Origin: Callorhinchus milii
Taxonomy: Eukaryota
Assembly: GCF_018977255.1 (NCBI RefSeq)
Contig: NW_024704742.1
Location: 79,858,001 to 79,922,000, forward strand
Reading direction: 5' to 3'
DNA: 64,000 bases
The position numbers and the translations under genes are program-made. The notes below the pieces were generated by a model. The model worked only from the letters and a program-made list of their open reading frames with translations, was not told the origin of the DNA and searched no databases. Below are positions 38,066 to 49,182 of this stretch, one piece after another (within the stretch, counting starts at the first letter, position 1; every line of letters begins with the position of its first letter).

Positions 38066-38664
38066 ATAATAAGAATAGTCAAAATATACAATCAATTCAC
38101 TTTACAATATATTCTGTGCAGAGCTTTGAGACTTCTCAAAGACGTGATATTGCACGGTATCAAATTCAAGGAACATTATTATTATTAGAAGATATTTCTT
38201 TTCTCTAATTTTTCAAATTTCTCTTCCACAACTTTTAATTTTGGTCAGAGATTTTCAAAAATGATTTAAACACAGAGATAAACAGCAGCAAAGCATCAGT
38301 CTCAGTGGAGCAAATGGCAAACAGCTGAATAATAATAATAATCCTTGCATTTGATATAGCATCTTATCACACTGTTGAGACATCTCAAAGTGCTTCATAG
38401 AATATACCGTAAAGTGGATTGGCTGTGTATTTTGTGGGCAAAATGCGGCAGTCAATTTAATACACAACATGAGTGGGGGCGGTGTGCCTGTGATTTGGGT
38501 ATTGATTTTCCCAAATTGTGGGAAACCTGTTGATATGTCTTTTTTTCTTATTCTCTCGCTCTCCCTTGGAAGTTACGGTTAATACCATTCAGGCAGTTTT
38601 CTTGTTGAAAATGAATGAGTAAGCACAACATGTGTATCATGCAACATTGTATCATTGTACAATT

Positions 38665-38915
38665 TCAGCTTGACTCAGCCGGTTGCGCTCGAGCTTCTGA
38701 GTCACAAGGTTGTGGCTTCAAGCTCCACGTTGGAAACTTCAGTGATGTGCAGTGCAGTGATGGGGTTGTGCTGCATTGTCAGAGGTGCCTTCGTGTGATA
38801 CGTTTAACCAAGGTTTTGCTTGAGTGTTCAGGTGGATGTTAAAGATCCCATGGCACTATTCAAAAAACAGAAGGAAGTTTTTCCTGGTGTCAAGGCCAAC
38901 TGTCCCCCAAATTAA
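38665..38915 (+). mobile_element. Deu-domain SINE, 3' truncated
   Basis: CTGAGTCACAAGGTTGTGGCTTCAAG head, GTGCTGCATTGTCAGAGGTGCC, GGTGGATGTTAAAGATCCCATGGCACTATTC. Confidence 0.75.
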
Positions 38916-39849
38916 AAAAAATGAGTGCTCTCAGAGGTGAACTATTCAGTTTTAGGTGTTTAAACTCCAACAGTACCACAATACACACTCTGGGATTCCC
39001 AAGCATGAGCTGACCTGTGCCTAATACTCTTTGAAATTAGGAGTGGCTTTTGACTTATATAATTCATAGTAAAACATTAGTGTTCTCAAAATCAGGAACT
39101 TTACATTGAAAATAACATTGGTCTGTCATGTGCCAGAGAAGCTGTGGTCTGCTTTTGTCACATTTAGTTTCTGTATATCTACTCTTCTGCAGCTGGTTCA
39201 CTTGCTGCTGTTCAAGGGTCCTAAGTAATTTTTTTTGAACATTAGCGTTCAACAACCAAAAATTCCACCCAGTATTAGCCTGAAAGACCAATATTTCTTA
39301 ATGTTAATTTCAATTTGGAAGCTAGTTCCTTTATGAACTGCAGGAAAACTGTTTCCAAATTAAGACCGAATTTAAGATTGCTACAAAGTCAAGATCAGGA
39401 TAAACACAGTCCTCTAGTATTTGGATTTTCTTAAGTTTGGGGGATGATTTTGTGTTTCATCCTTTTGCCACAATGGTTTTGAAGTGAGTCTGCCTCCTTG
39501 CTCCCCCATCTCTAAATAGTCTCAATTACTCATTCTGTGAATCACTTAACCATTTATGTTATCCTGTGCAGGTTGATAAAGATGAGTAGTTACAGAGTAG
39601 CAATGTTATATCCTGACATTCTTATTACTATATTGTATTGATATAGAAACTAGAAGCATCTCACACAGACACCGTAACCAGGATTAGCTACCACAGTATA
39701 GATCGCCTCTCTGTAGCAGTCTCGGTGGTCCAGTTCCTGAACTAAGTGCATCTGCAGTGCTCCAGGGCACTGCTGATAGCAGACCAGTCAGCCTAGACCA
39801 TTGGCAGGACTTGGAGGAGTAGATATTCCTGAGACTGGGAATAGGCATT

Positions 39850-40250
39850 TGTCCCACTCAGGTCTTAGCACTGCAAAATGGGCTGGGTGGTCCTATCTGT
39901 GCAATCAACAGGAAGCTTGCCATGAGAGTGCTTTCTGTGTCAAGCTCTTTGGTTTTAACTGGTCAAACTTAAGCAGTACCCCCAACACAAACTCAGTGGT
40001 TCCCCAAGCCTTGGTTCTTCCCAAACTACACCTAATACTCTCTGGAATTAGGTAAACAGGATACAATCTCCCACAGCTCTGGGGGTACAATCTCTCCCCA
40101 GAGCAGGAAGAGATTGTACATTCCATTCCAGACAGAGAAATGTCCATGTGTAAGTGGTACGCATATGTGGAACTCTCCATCTGGTTTTGATACTTTTAAG
40201 CATGATGATAGATTTGCATGTGTGTCAAACTCACAGCCAGCCAAAAGATA
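39850..40250 (+). repeat. Unclassified old interspersed repeat, copy 3 of 4
   Basis: Same ordered blocks as 21435-21785. Confidence 0.7.
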
Positions 40251-42039
40251 ATAGATCAGGAATTTAAAATGGGACCTTCCAGATCGGTATGCTTCATAAG
40301 AACATAAGAACATAGAAATTTACTCGGTAAAAGAACAACAAGGTCCATCTCATTTGCGTTCTACCAGCCTGGCAGTCACTTGATATGTTGTGCCCTTTTC
40401 ACGTTTGGCAATGGTTCACCAGCTAAGTCTCTGCAAGTGTCAATATTCCTCTTGCCTGTCGATTAATAGGAATATATATTTTAAATTCTACTATAATTCT
40501 AACAGAGCTCTTTCAATTTTGGAAGTGCAACATTTTCCATGATTTTGAAATGCTGCTATTTAAGCCCAATAAGTAAAGAGATCTCTGCAAACACAAGTGT
40601 AAGTGAAGGTTGTCTTGAGAACACTTGGTTTAGACCTGCACTTGGATTGAATCTAGTGAAGACGTTCAAGCTTTATTGATGTTTCTACCAATCATTTGTT
40701 CGCACAGAATATACTCCGGGATTACCTCAAATTCCAGTGGTGGTAGGTTGCAGAGGGAAATTGAGGGATACTTGCCAGAATCTTACAACTTTACCCACAC
40801 CACTTCACAATAAATCCTGTGAAGCACTTTGGGACGTACTCCCGACTTAAAAGGCAGGATGCAAATGCAGGGATTCTTCTTCTTCTTCTTCTTCTTATTA
40901 TTATTATTATTATTATTATAACTCCTAGCAGTCACTTCAAGAATAACATTGAAAGACAAAACAGTGCAGCTCATTTGCCTGCCCATATGGGATCAGGAGA
41001 CTTAAAGAGAGGAGAGAAAGGAAGTCAGCCTAGCTTCAATGTCTCAGAGCCAGTTAAACTGTTTACATTGCTCTGTCCAAGTCTTCAGCTAGATAGATAA
41101 CAGAGACAAGCTGAAAATCCATTTTTGCAAATTGATCAGTGGTAATAATAAGCCTGCATTTGGTACAGTGCTTTATTGTCAAAATGTTTCAAAGCACCAC
41201 AAGATATTACTGTGAAGTGTGTGACAGTGTATTTGTAGGCAAATGTGCATGCAGCACTTTCACATCTTTAAATATGCTTTTGCCACGCTTGTCAAATCAT
41301 TACTTCATAGCAACTTGGCATATGAAAGAAAGGCAACATGAAAACACAGCAATAGTTTATCATCAATACTAAGTACATCTTAACAAAGTTAGCCCTTTCA
41401 ACCAGCCTCACATGAATAGCGGAAAGAGATGCCAGATATTTCACAAGATTCAAAATTGGTTATAGTTAGCCCTGTGTTGGTGCTTACAGTAACTGTAGAA
41501 TGATGATGGTGTTAAATCTTAGTTTTATAACAACAACAACTTGCACTTATATAGCACCCGCCATGCAGGCTAGCATCTCAGAATGCCTAACAGTGGTGGA
41601 GCCTGACTCCGAGCTGGGTTTGGTGGGGAGGTAACCATAAACATGGTCAAAAAACAAGGTTTTTAGGCATAGAAGAGAGGAGGTAAGGCAGGCAAACAAA
41701 TTTCATAAACTAAACAAACAATGTTTCCTTGTATTAGTCATGTTGTAGCCCTTGGGATTTAAAATGTTCTCAGGCACACTGCAACTGACTTCCTTTCACC
41801 ATGTCTTTAGTCAACATCCTCAATCAAACCTCCCCATAGCCTAGTGATTCCCGTTGAATTTTTCAAGTTGTTCATCCCATGTGAAATGAACTTTACAAGT
41901 GCAAATTGCTGTAACCAGCAAAGTGTGATTCTGTACCTTAGATACAGAAGGTACACTCTATACTCTATACATAGAGTATGCTCAGGGTAAAGGCTATGAT
42001 TATCCTTAGCATACTCTATGCTAAGGGTGTGCTGCAGCG

Positions 42040-42445
42040 ATCACCCACAAAATATACACTCAATTCACTGTACAGTATATTCTGTGAAACGCTTTGAGAC
42101 GTCTCGAAGATGTGATAAGGCGCTACATCAAATGCAAGGATTATTATTGTTATTGTCAGAACTGCCATGCTTAAGATAAGACACTAAACTGAAGTCCCAT
42201 CTTCTTGCTCAGGTGGTTGTTAGAGATCTAATGGCCCTATTCAAAAAGAGAGGGAAGAAGACCAACAATACCCCAGATAAAATTGTTCATTCACTTCATG
42301 GCTATTGTGGGATATTACTGTGTGCAAATAAGCTGCTGTGTTTGCCATAAAATACACATTCCTTGTCCTATGTAGTAAATCTTGTGAAGTGCTTTGAGAC
42401 ACCCTCCTGATGCGAATGTGCTATCTCAGATGTAAGGATCATTAA
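42040..42445 (+). mobile_element. SINE tail followed by a Deu-SINE 3' part
   Basis: Stem-loop and (TTA)n at 42085-42150, then degraded Deu-domain blocks. Confidence 0.65.
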
Positions 42446-43182
42446 GCTCCACAAAACGTTGTGTTGTAGTAACTAAATTCATGCTGTTTCTAAAGTTGAT
42501 AACTTAAATAACCTAAAATTTGAGGTGAAGGTGGATTTAATTGTTGCCATGTTTTTTTGTGGGAGAGGATCCTTGATACCTTTAATAATAATAATAATCT
42601 TTGCATTTGATGTAGCAGTTTTTAAGTCAGTATGTCTCATACCTCTTCACAGGAAAAACTGGCAAAACTTAGCTCTTGCCTACCTACACCTAATATTTTT
42701 GAGGAATTAGATAAACATGATGAGTCTCTCTGAAGAGAGGAAGGGGCTGCTTCCTACTAATCTGCTGTATAGGAATCAGACATGCACTGTTTGGTAAAAC
42801 TAGTGAACATTCTGTCCTCCAAATATAATGGAAAATTTTGTTGTAATCTCATGCTGGATCCCATTGTGTTTGGAAACATTTCGATGCAACACTGAATTTA
42901 TTTCAAAAGCTGTCTTACTTATTATTAGCCTTTGGGGGAATGCTTATATCTGCTGACCTGCTGAGCAAGGATCTGTTTTCCAGCTGTAATTATGCAACTA
43001 TTGTTTCTCAAACCACTGCATCCAATGGGCAGTGTTTAATTCCAGATTGATTCATGCATTGTCTGATATTTCACTTAACTCAGAATGTAGCAACTCTGAT
43101 AACGGTCAAGGTGGGAAAATCCCATAATAAACACACTTTACCAAAGTTGCTATACTTGTCTCTAATTCCCATTAGTGTACAT

Positions 43183-43445
43183 ACAACAACAACAACAACA
43201 ACAACAAGATTCCATTTATTGAGCGCCTTTCACGTCGGGAGGACGTCCCAAGGCGCTGTACAGTTGGGTCAGGACCCGAGCAGGGGGGAAATGGTCAGGG
43301 TGAGGGGAGGGAAGGGAGGGAGCGAGGAGGGGGTAGAGAGTCAAGAGGGGAGCTGAAGGCACGGTCAAAGAGAAAGGTCTTGAGACCAGCCTTGAAGGAG
43401 GAAAAGGAGGAGGCGGCGAAGGCACTGGGGGATAGAGTTCCAGAG
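43183..43445 (-). mobile_element. L2 3' fragment
   Basis: Close match to the end of 6010-6778 and to 45775-45975. Confidence 0.85.
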
Positions 43446-43574
43446 CCAAACATACACCCAAGCTCTCAGCTGCTTGTGGCATACATCTGTTTGCAGAAAA
43501 ATTAGGGGAGAAGTTAGAAATAATTTCTCCAGTCAGAAGGGTTGTTAAGGTGTAAAATTAATTATAATTATTGT

Positions 43575-43715
43575 GTCAGCCTGGCTTAGTTGGCAGCATT
43601 CTCACCTCTGAGTCAGAAGGTTGTGGGTTCAAGCCACAAGTTGGGACTTGAAATCACATTGTCTAAGCTGACACTCCAGTGAAGTGCTGGGAGTGTGCTG
43701 CAATGTCAGAACTGG
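43575..43715 (+). mobile_element. Deu-SINE head abutting an L2 insertion; a SINE tail follows at ~44825-44905
   Basis: AGCCTGGCTTAGTTGGCAGC..CTGAGTCAGAAGGTTGTGGGTTCAAG..GCTGACACTCCAGTG. Confidence 0.75.
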
Positions 43716-44822
43716 TTCAGATCGAACCTCTCACATCGTCTCCACTTCATCTCCACAAACGGTTTCTCCTCTAGCCCTTGCACAGTCTTGTGTGGCATTC
43801 CTCGGGGCTCTGTCCTTGGTTCCCTCCTCTTCAATATCTATATGCTCCCTCTGGGTGACATCATCCGCAAACAAGGGGTCAACTTGCACATGTATGCGGA
43901 TGACACCCAACTCTACCTCTCTGCCTCCACCCTTGACTCGAGGACCACTGCTGTCCTGACAGAATGTCTGTCGGACATCAAGTCCTGGATGAGAACTAAC
44001 TTTCTTCAGTTGAATGTCAACAAGACCAAGGCTCTCCTGATTGGCTCCCGTCAGCGCCTCCTCACCCGAGGTGCTGAAAGCATAACCATCCATGGTTACA
44101 CACCCCACCTTGCTAAGCCAGTCTGGAACCTTGGGGTCTTGTTTGACCCTCAACTATCCTTTCTACCCCATGTCTGTGCCATGACCCGTTCTGCCTTCCC
44201 CAACCTCTGCAACATCGCCCGGCTCTGCCATTGTTCACACTGCAGGTCGCCGAAACCCTTATGCACGCTTTCATTACATCCAGTCTCGACTATGCAAACT
44301 CATTGCTTGTCGGCCTCCCCAACTCCTCCCTCCAGAGGCTGCAGATCATCCAGATCTCTGCAGCCCGCACTAGGCTATCACCCCATCCTCGCCACTGGCT
44401 TCCCATCGCACAGAGGATACAGTTCAAGATCCTGGTCCTCACCTTCGAAAGCCTCCATGGACTTCCTCCTCCCTTCCTCTGCGATCTCCTAAACCCCTAC
44501 CATCCTACTCACTCCCTCCACTCAGCAGGCTCCGCCTCGCTCGCTCCACTTTTGGCGAGCGGGCCTTCCCCCACTCTGCCCCCACCCTCGGGAACTCCAT
44601 CCCGCAGTCCCTTCGCCTCGCCCCCTCCCTTGCTTCCTTCAAGACCCATCTCAAGACCTTCCTCTTCGACTGTGCTTTCGATCTCTCTGCTTCGCCCCCT
44701 GCCCTCCAACCTCCCCGACCCCGACCCCCAGCTCGGGTCCGTAACTTTGTCTGTCCAGCATCTTGGGACGTCCTCCCGACATGAAAGGTGCTATACAAAT
44801 GTAATTTTGTTGTTGTTGTTGG
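43716..44822 (+). mobile_element. 5'-truncated L2 LINE with reverse transcriptase C-terminal half, frameshifted
   Basis: GIPRGSVLGSLLFNIYM..HMYADDTQLY..WMRTNFLQLNVNKT..NLGVLFD, then ETLMHAFITSSLDYAN, stem-loop and (TTG)n. Confidence 0.92.
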
Positions 44823-45352
44823 TGTATATCCTGTGAAGCCCTTTGAGACATCTTAAAGACGTGGTAAGCAGCTATGTCAAATGTGAGGATTATTATTTAT
44901 TATTATATTGTCTGTATTTTCTGACTGGGGCGTTAACTTTCAAATGGCAACATTTTAGGAACACTCAAAATGCAAAAGAGGAAAGATGCCAAATGCTTAT
45001 CATCTGCAGTTTTACTTTGACCCATATGTTGACATTGAATTCATTTTAAGATTCTCACTCTGTTCATGCCTTGGTACCTCCCTACCTCTCTGTTCACACG
45101 TCACTCCACTGCACACCACGTTTGCTCGACTGACTATAGTCTTCTGCACGTCTCTCGTCCTTTCTGCTCCACAATTGGCGTACGTGCTTTCAATGACTAA
45201 TCTAATCTCTGGACCACCTTGTCTCAATCCCTCCATCTCTGCTCATCTTCAAACGACACCTGAAGACTTTCCTCTTCGACCGTGTGCTTGTCACCTCTGC
45301 TCCTTTTCTGATACACTACCTGCTTGAAGGGTGCTATGGAAATGCAAATTGT

Positions 45353-45687
45353 GGAGTCCTGTAGCTCAGTGGTTAGAGCACTCGCTTTGCAAGTGAGAGA
45401 CCTGAGTTCAATTCTAGGCAGGTCAGGGCGAAACCTTGGGCAAGTTTCCTTACTCCACACAGAGCCTAATAATAATCCCTCCAAAACAAAAACATTAATA
45501 AATTGGTCATTTTCAATCCACGACTGTTTGTGGGACATTGCTGTGCACAATTGACTGCCGCGTTCGCCCACAAATATACAGTCAATTCACTTTACAGTGT
45601 GTTCTGTGAAGCGCTTTGGGACGTCCTCCCGACGTGAAAAACGCTATATCAAATGCAAGGATTATTATTATTATTATTATTATTATT
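45353..45687 (+). mobile_element. Full-length tRNA-SINE, short young subfamily
   Basis: A box, B box, stem-loop and long (TTA)n; inserted at the end of an old L2 fragment (~45040-45352). Confidence 0.9.
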
Positions 45688-45774
45688 GTGGTGATGTAGT
45701 TTGTTTTTGTGTACGAGTGCGTGACCAGGTATTCATCTGCTTTATTTCAAAGCACTTCACAATAAACATTGGTA

Positions 45775-45975
45775 CAACAACAACAAGAACAAAATTCCAT
45801 TTATAAAGCGCCTTTCACGTCGGGAGGACGTCCCAAGGCGCTGTACAGTTGGGTCAGGACCCGAGCATTGGGGGGAGAATGGTCAGGGTGAGGGGAGGGG
45901 AGGGAGGGAGCGAGGAGGGGGAAGAGAGTCAAGAGGGGAGCTGAAGGCTCGGTCAAAGAGAAAGGTCTTGAGACC
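45775..45975 (-). mobile_element. L2 3' fragment
   Basis: Reverse complement of an L2 tail. Confidence 0.85.
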
Positions 45976-46436
45976 GGGCGACCTGGTGGTGGGGGGAACA
46001 CACCTCTGCTGGGTTCGCTCTCCTCACCCACCCTTGTGGAGCATCTTACCAACAATCACTTGCAAGTGGAAGCTGGTGAGTGTCTTGCTCCAGTGGCGGT
46101 CCTGGGGAGCTGGTGATGTGCAGTGAACTGGACGGCTGTGGGAGGCAATGCCTTCAGGAGTGGAGAAAATTGGAAGTGAGGTACAGAAGGGGATTTGCAT
46201 TTATTTGTGATCAGAAGTCTCTCTGCCTCAAGTTATCAATCTTCGCTTTCTTTTTCCCTCTCACCCCCCACTTGGACTGTGGGGGTGGAGTGTGTGTGTG
46301 GGGGGGGGGGGGTAGTGCTCTCTGTCTCTCTGTCTGTCTGTCTGTGCTGGAGACGTTGCCCTTTTAATTGGCATTGCTGATGGGCTGTATGTGAGGTGCA
46401 GTGCGCGGATACACGAGCAACGGGGAGAGGAGAGTG

Positions 46437-46452
46437 TGACCGCGAGTAACCT
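46437..46452 (-). promoter_or_regulatory. DR4 LXR/RXR response element of the ABCA1 proximal promoter
   Basis: TGACCG-CGAG-TAACCT (minus strand AGGTTA-CTCG-CGGTCA). Same half-sites and orientation as the mammalian ABCA1 promoter LXRE as I recall it (AGGTTA-CTAT-CGGTCA), 33 nt upstream of TATA. Confidence 0.85.
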
Positions 46453-46485
46453 CTCACTCACACTCACACACACACACAGCTGCCG

Positions 46486-46492
46486 TATAAAA
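46486..46492 (+). promoter_or_regulatory. TATA box of ABCA1
   Basis: TATAAAA between the LXRE and exon 1, in a locally CpG-containing unique segment. Confidence 0.8.
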
Positions 46493-46514
46493 GCTGCTGC
46501 AGGTTGGAGGGGTT

Positions 46515-46650
46515 CTCACACTGTGTCTGTCTGACAGTGCCCTGAGCATCTGACAGGGACCGTCTGCACTCACTCACCCACTCACACACTCACTCTCACT
46601 CACTCACTCACTCACTCCAAAAGGCATCGACTGCATCAACAGAGAGGAAG
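46515..46650 (+). other. ABCA1: Non-coding exon 1 of ABCA1 (start approximate)
   Basis: Begins ~25-30 nt after TATAAAA, contains no ATG, and ends at a strong donor AAG|GTAAGG (GT at 46651). Matches the known ABCA1 layout of non-coding exon 1, long intron 1 and ATG in exon 2. Confidence 0.75.
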
Positions 46651-46694
46651 GTAAGGGCTTCCCACAGAAGGAGTTGTCACGTCTTTTTTTTTGT

Positions 46695-47117
46695 CTGTGT
46701 GTGGGTGTGTGTGGGTGTGTGAGGGTGTGTGTGGGGGTGTGTGTGTGTGTGTGAGGGTGTGTGTGAGGGGGTGTGTGAGGGGGTGTGTGTGAGGGGGTGT
46801 GTGTGAGGGGGTGTGTGTGGGGGTGTGTGTGAGGGGGTGTGTGTGGGGGTGTGTGTGAGGGGGTGTGTGTGAGGGTGTGTGTGTGAGGGGTGTGTGTGAG
46901 GGGGTGTGTGTGTGTGAGGGGGTGTGTGTGTGTGAGGGGGTGTGTGAGGGGGTGTGTGAGGGTGTGTGTGAGGGGGTGTGTGTGAGGGGGTGTGTGTGTG
47001 TGAGGGTGTGTGTGTGTGTGTGTGTGAGGGGGTGTGTGAGGGGGTGTGTGAGGGTGTGTGTGAGGGGGTGTGTGTGAGGGTGTGTGTGGGTGTGTGTGTG
47101 AGGGTGTGTGTGTGAGG

Positions 47118-47148
<31 letters not shown>

Positions 47149-47508
47149 TGTGTGTGGGTGTGTGTGGGTGTGTGTGTGAGGGGGTGTGTGAGGGGGTGTG
47201 TGAGGGGGGGTGTGTGAGGGGGTGTGTGAGGGGGTGTGTGTGAGGGGGGGTGTGTGAGTGTGTGTGTGTGTGAGGGTGTGTGTGTGTGTGTGTCTGTGTG
47301 TGTGTGTGAGGGTGTGTGTGAGTGAGTGTGAGTGTGAGTGAGTGTGAGTGTGTGTGTGTGTGTGTCTGTGTGTGTGTGTGAGGGTGTGTGTGTGTGTGTC
47401 TGTGTGTGTGAGGGTGTGTGTGTATGTGTGTGAGGGGGAGTGTGAGTGTGTGTGTGTGTGTGTGTCTGTGTGTGTGAGGGTGTGTGTGTGTGAGGGTGTG
47501 TGTGTGTG

Positions 47509-47539
<31 letters not shown>

Positions 47540-47540
47540 T
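46695..47540. repeat. (GT)n/GAGGG compound microsatellite at the start of ABCA1 intron 1
   Basis: Directly visible. Confidence 0.95.
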
Positions 47541-48794
47541 GGAGCTTTTCTGTCGTGTGGGGCTGTTTGTGCAGTACCCCCTAACTCAAAAACAATTGGG
47601 GTTTAAAGTTCCTAAACTCTGGGCAGAAGGGTTAACCAGTTTTTTTTTCCAAAAGTGTTGCTTCTCGACTTAACACTTGTCAGTCAAGTCAGATTGTCAA
47701 ACAAAACCAGATCTTTTTTCCCCCCTTCCCCTTCTCCTCTCTCTTTTATTGTCCATTTCTGATCCTCAGTTGTGTGTGTGTTTCTCTCTCTCTCTCTCTC
47801 TCTCTCGTTAATATATTATTTGGACGATTTTGTGTATTTTCCTTTAAAACCAGATCTCCCCCCAAAAAAGAACAAAAAAATAATCATTTTCCTTTGAAAC
47901 CAAACCCAGACAATGTGCCTTTTTTTTTTACACACACACACAATATCTTTTGTGTCCCTATTGTTTTATATAATTTGAGGCAATAACCAGGAGGCTTTTT
48001 CTTTGTGTTGGGTGTTTTTTGTTCTGTCCCATGTCCAGGTTGTCCCCTTATCCCCCCCTCAGACTGATTTGACAGTGATTTTTCTTTTTGGGTTGACTTT
48101 TATGTTATTTTGTTTGGATCACCATTTTGCCCCTCTTTTAACCCAGGGACCAGGTTACCAAGTCAGGTCAGTGTTTGTGAAGGAAATCCCTGGTTCTCAA
48201 AAAGGTTCACTCAAATAACAAGTACAGGAAAGTGAAGTGAAAGTGGGTTTGGGGTGATGGGGGGGTGGGGTGGGGGGGGGGGATATTTGCTGCCAAATAA
48301 CACAACCATTTATTTGCACATGGTCTATCTGTGGGCACTTTTTCTGACAAAAGTTCAGAGAAGGAAGCTGATAGATGAGGAAAAGATGAGACTCTCAGAG
48401 AAAATAGGCTGTGAATTTTGACTTTGGTATATCTTGTAGAGATATAATTACCCCCCCCCCCCACCACCATTCATCTCTTTATGTTTGAGACCTAGACAGA
48501 CATAACAGAGTTGGGAGAGTTACTTTGAGTTTGTGTGTTCAGATATCAATTGAAACCTTATTCTCACTCCAGTGTTTCCAGTGCTATGCGGAAATCACCA
48601 TTTCCTTCGCCACCTTATTCCTTCGCATGTTGCACTGTGGGTTTATAGAAAATATAAGGCAAAGGCACTTTAGAAAATGCACACAGAAGCATTTAGCAGT
48701 GTTAAAATCAAATTGGAGTGTCTTTGTTGTTCATGATCACTGATCAAAACTTGTGAATCATTTGCTTTTGCTTCATCTGTCTATGAGATCAGGT

Positions 48795-49182
48795 GCCAAC
48801 CTCGATCAGTTGGTAGTAATCTCAGTTAAGAGTTAAGAGTCCAGGCTGACAGTCCAGTGAAGTGCTGTGGGGAAGTGCTGCATTGTCAAAGCTACTGTCC
48901 CATCAATGAGACTCAAATACAAGGTCCTGTCTACCTGGTCAGATGAACCTTAAAGATCCCATGGCACCTTTCGAAAATTAAAGGAAGTTTCGCCATGTGT
49001 CCTGGCCAACACTCCTCCCACACAAAAAATGTTCATTCATTGCATTACCCTTTGTGGGATATTGCTGTAGGCAAAATGGCAGCCACGTTTCCTTACAAAT
49101 ACACACTACACTTTATAGCAAAGCCCTTTGAGACATATCAACAATGTGATCAGGTGCTTTATCAAAAAAAGATTATTATTAA
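48795..49182 (+). mobile_element. Deu-domain SINE
   Basis: GCTGACAGTCCAGTGAAGTGCTG, AAAGATCCCATGGCAC, GTGTCCTGGCCAAC, GTGGGATATTGCTGT and tail. Confidence 0.7.

Noticed and set aside
43695..44492. Reverse transcriptase ORF as a domesticated or novel RT system
   Set aside because: Ordinary 5'-truncated, frameshifted L2 copy.
45353..45425. tRNA-like sequence (also at 4535-4605, 15695-15760 and 36690-36758)
   Set aside because: These are SINE heads: the acceptor stem does not close, and each continues into the SINE body and tail with no poly-T terminator.
48128..48209. Cluster of nuclear-receptor half-sites in intron 1 (TGCCCC, TAACCC, AGGTTA, AGGTCA, GGTTCA)
   Set aside because: Spacings are 5-7 nt with imperfect half-sites and no DR4, so an LXRE call is not supported.
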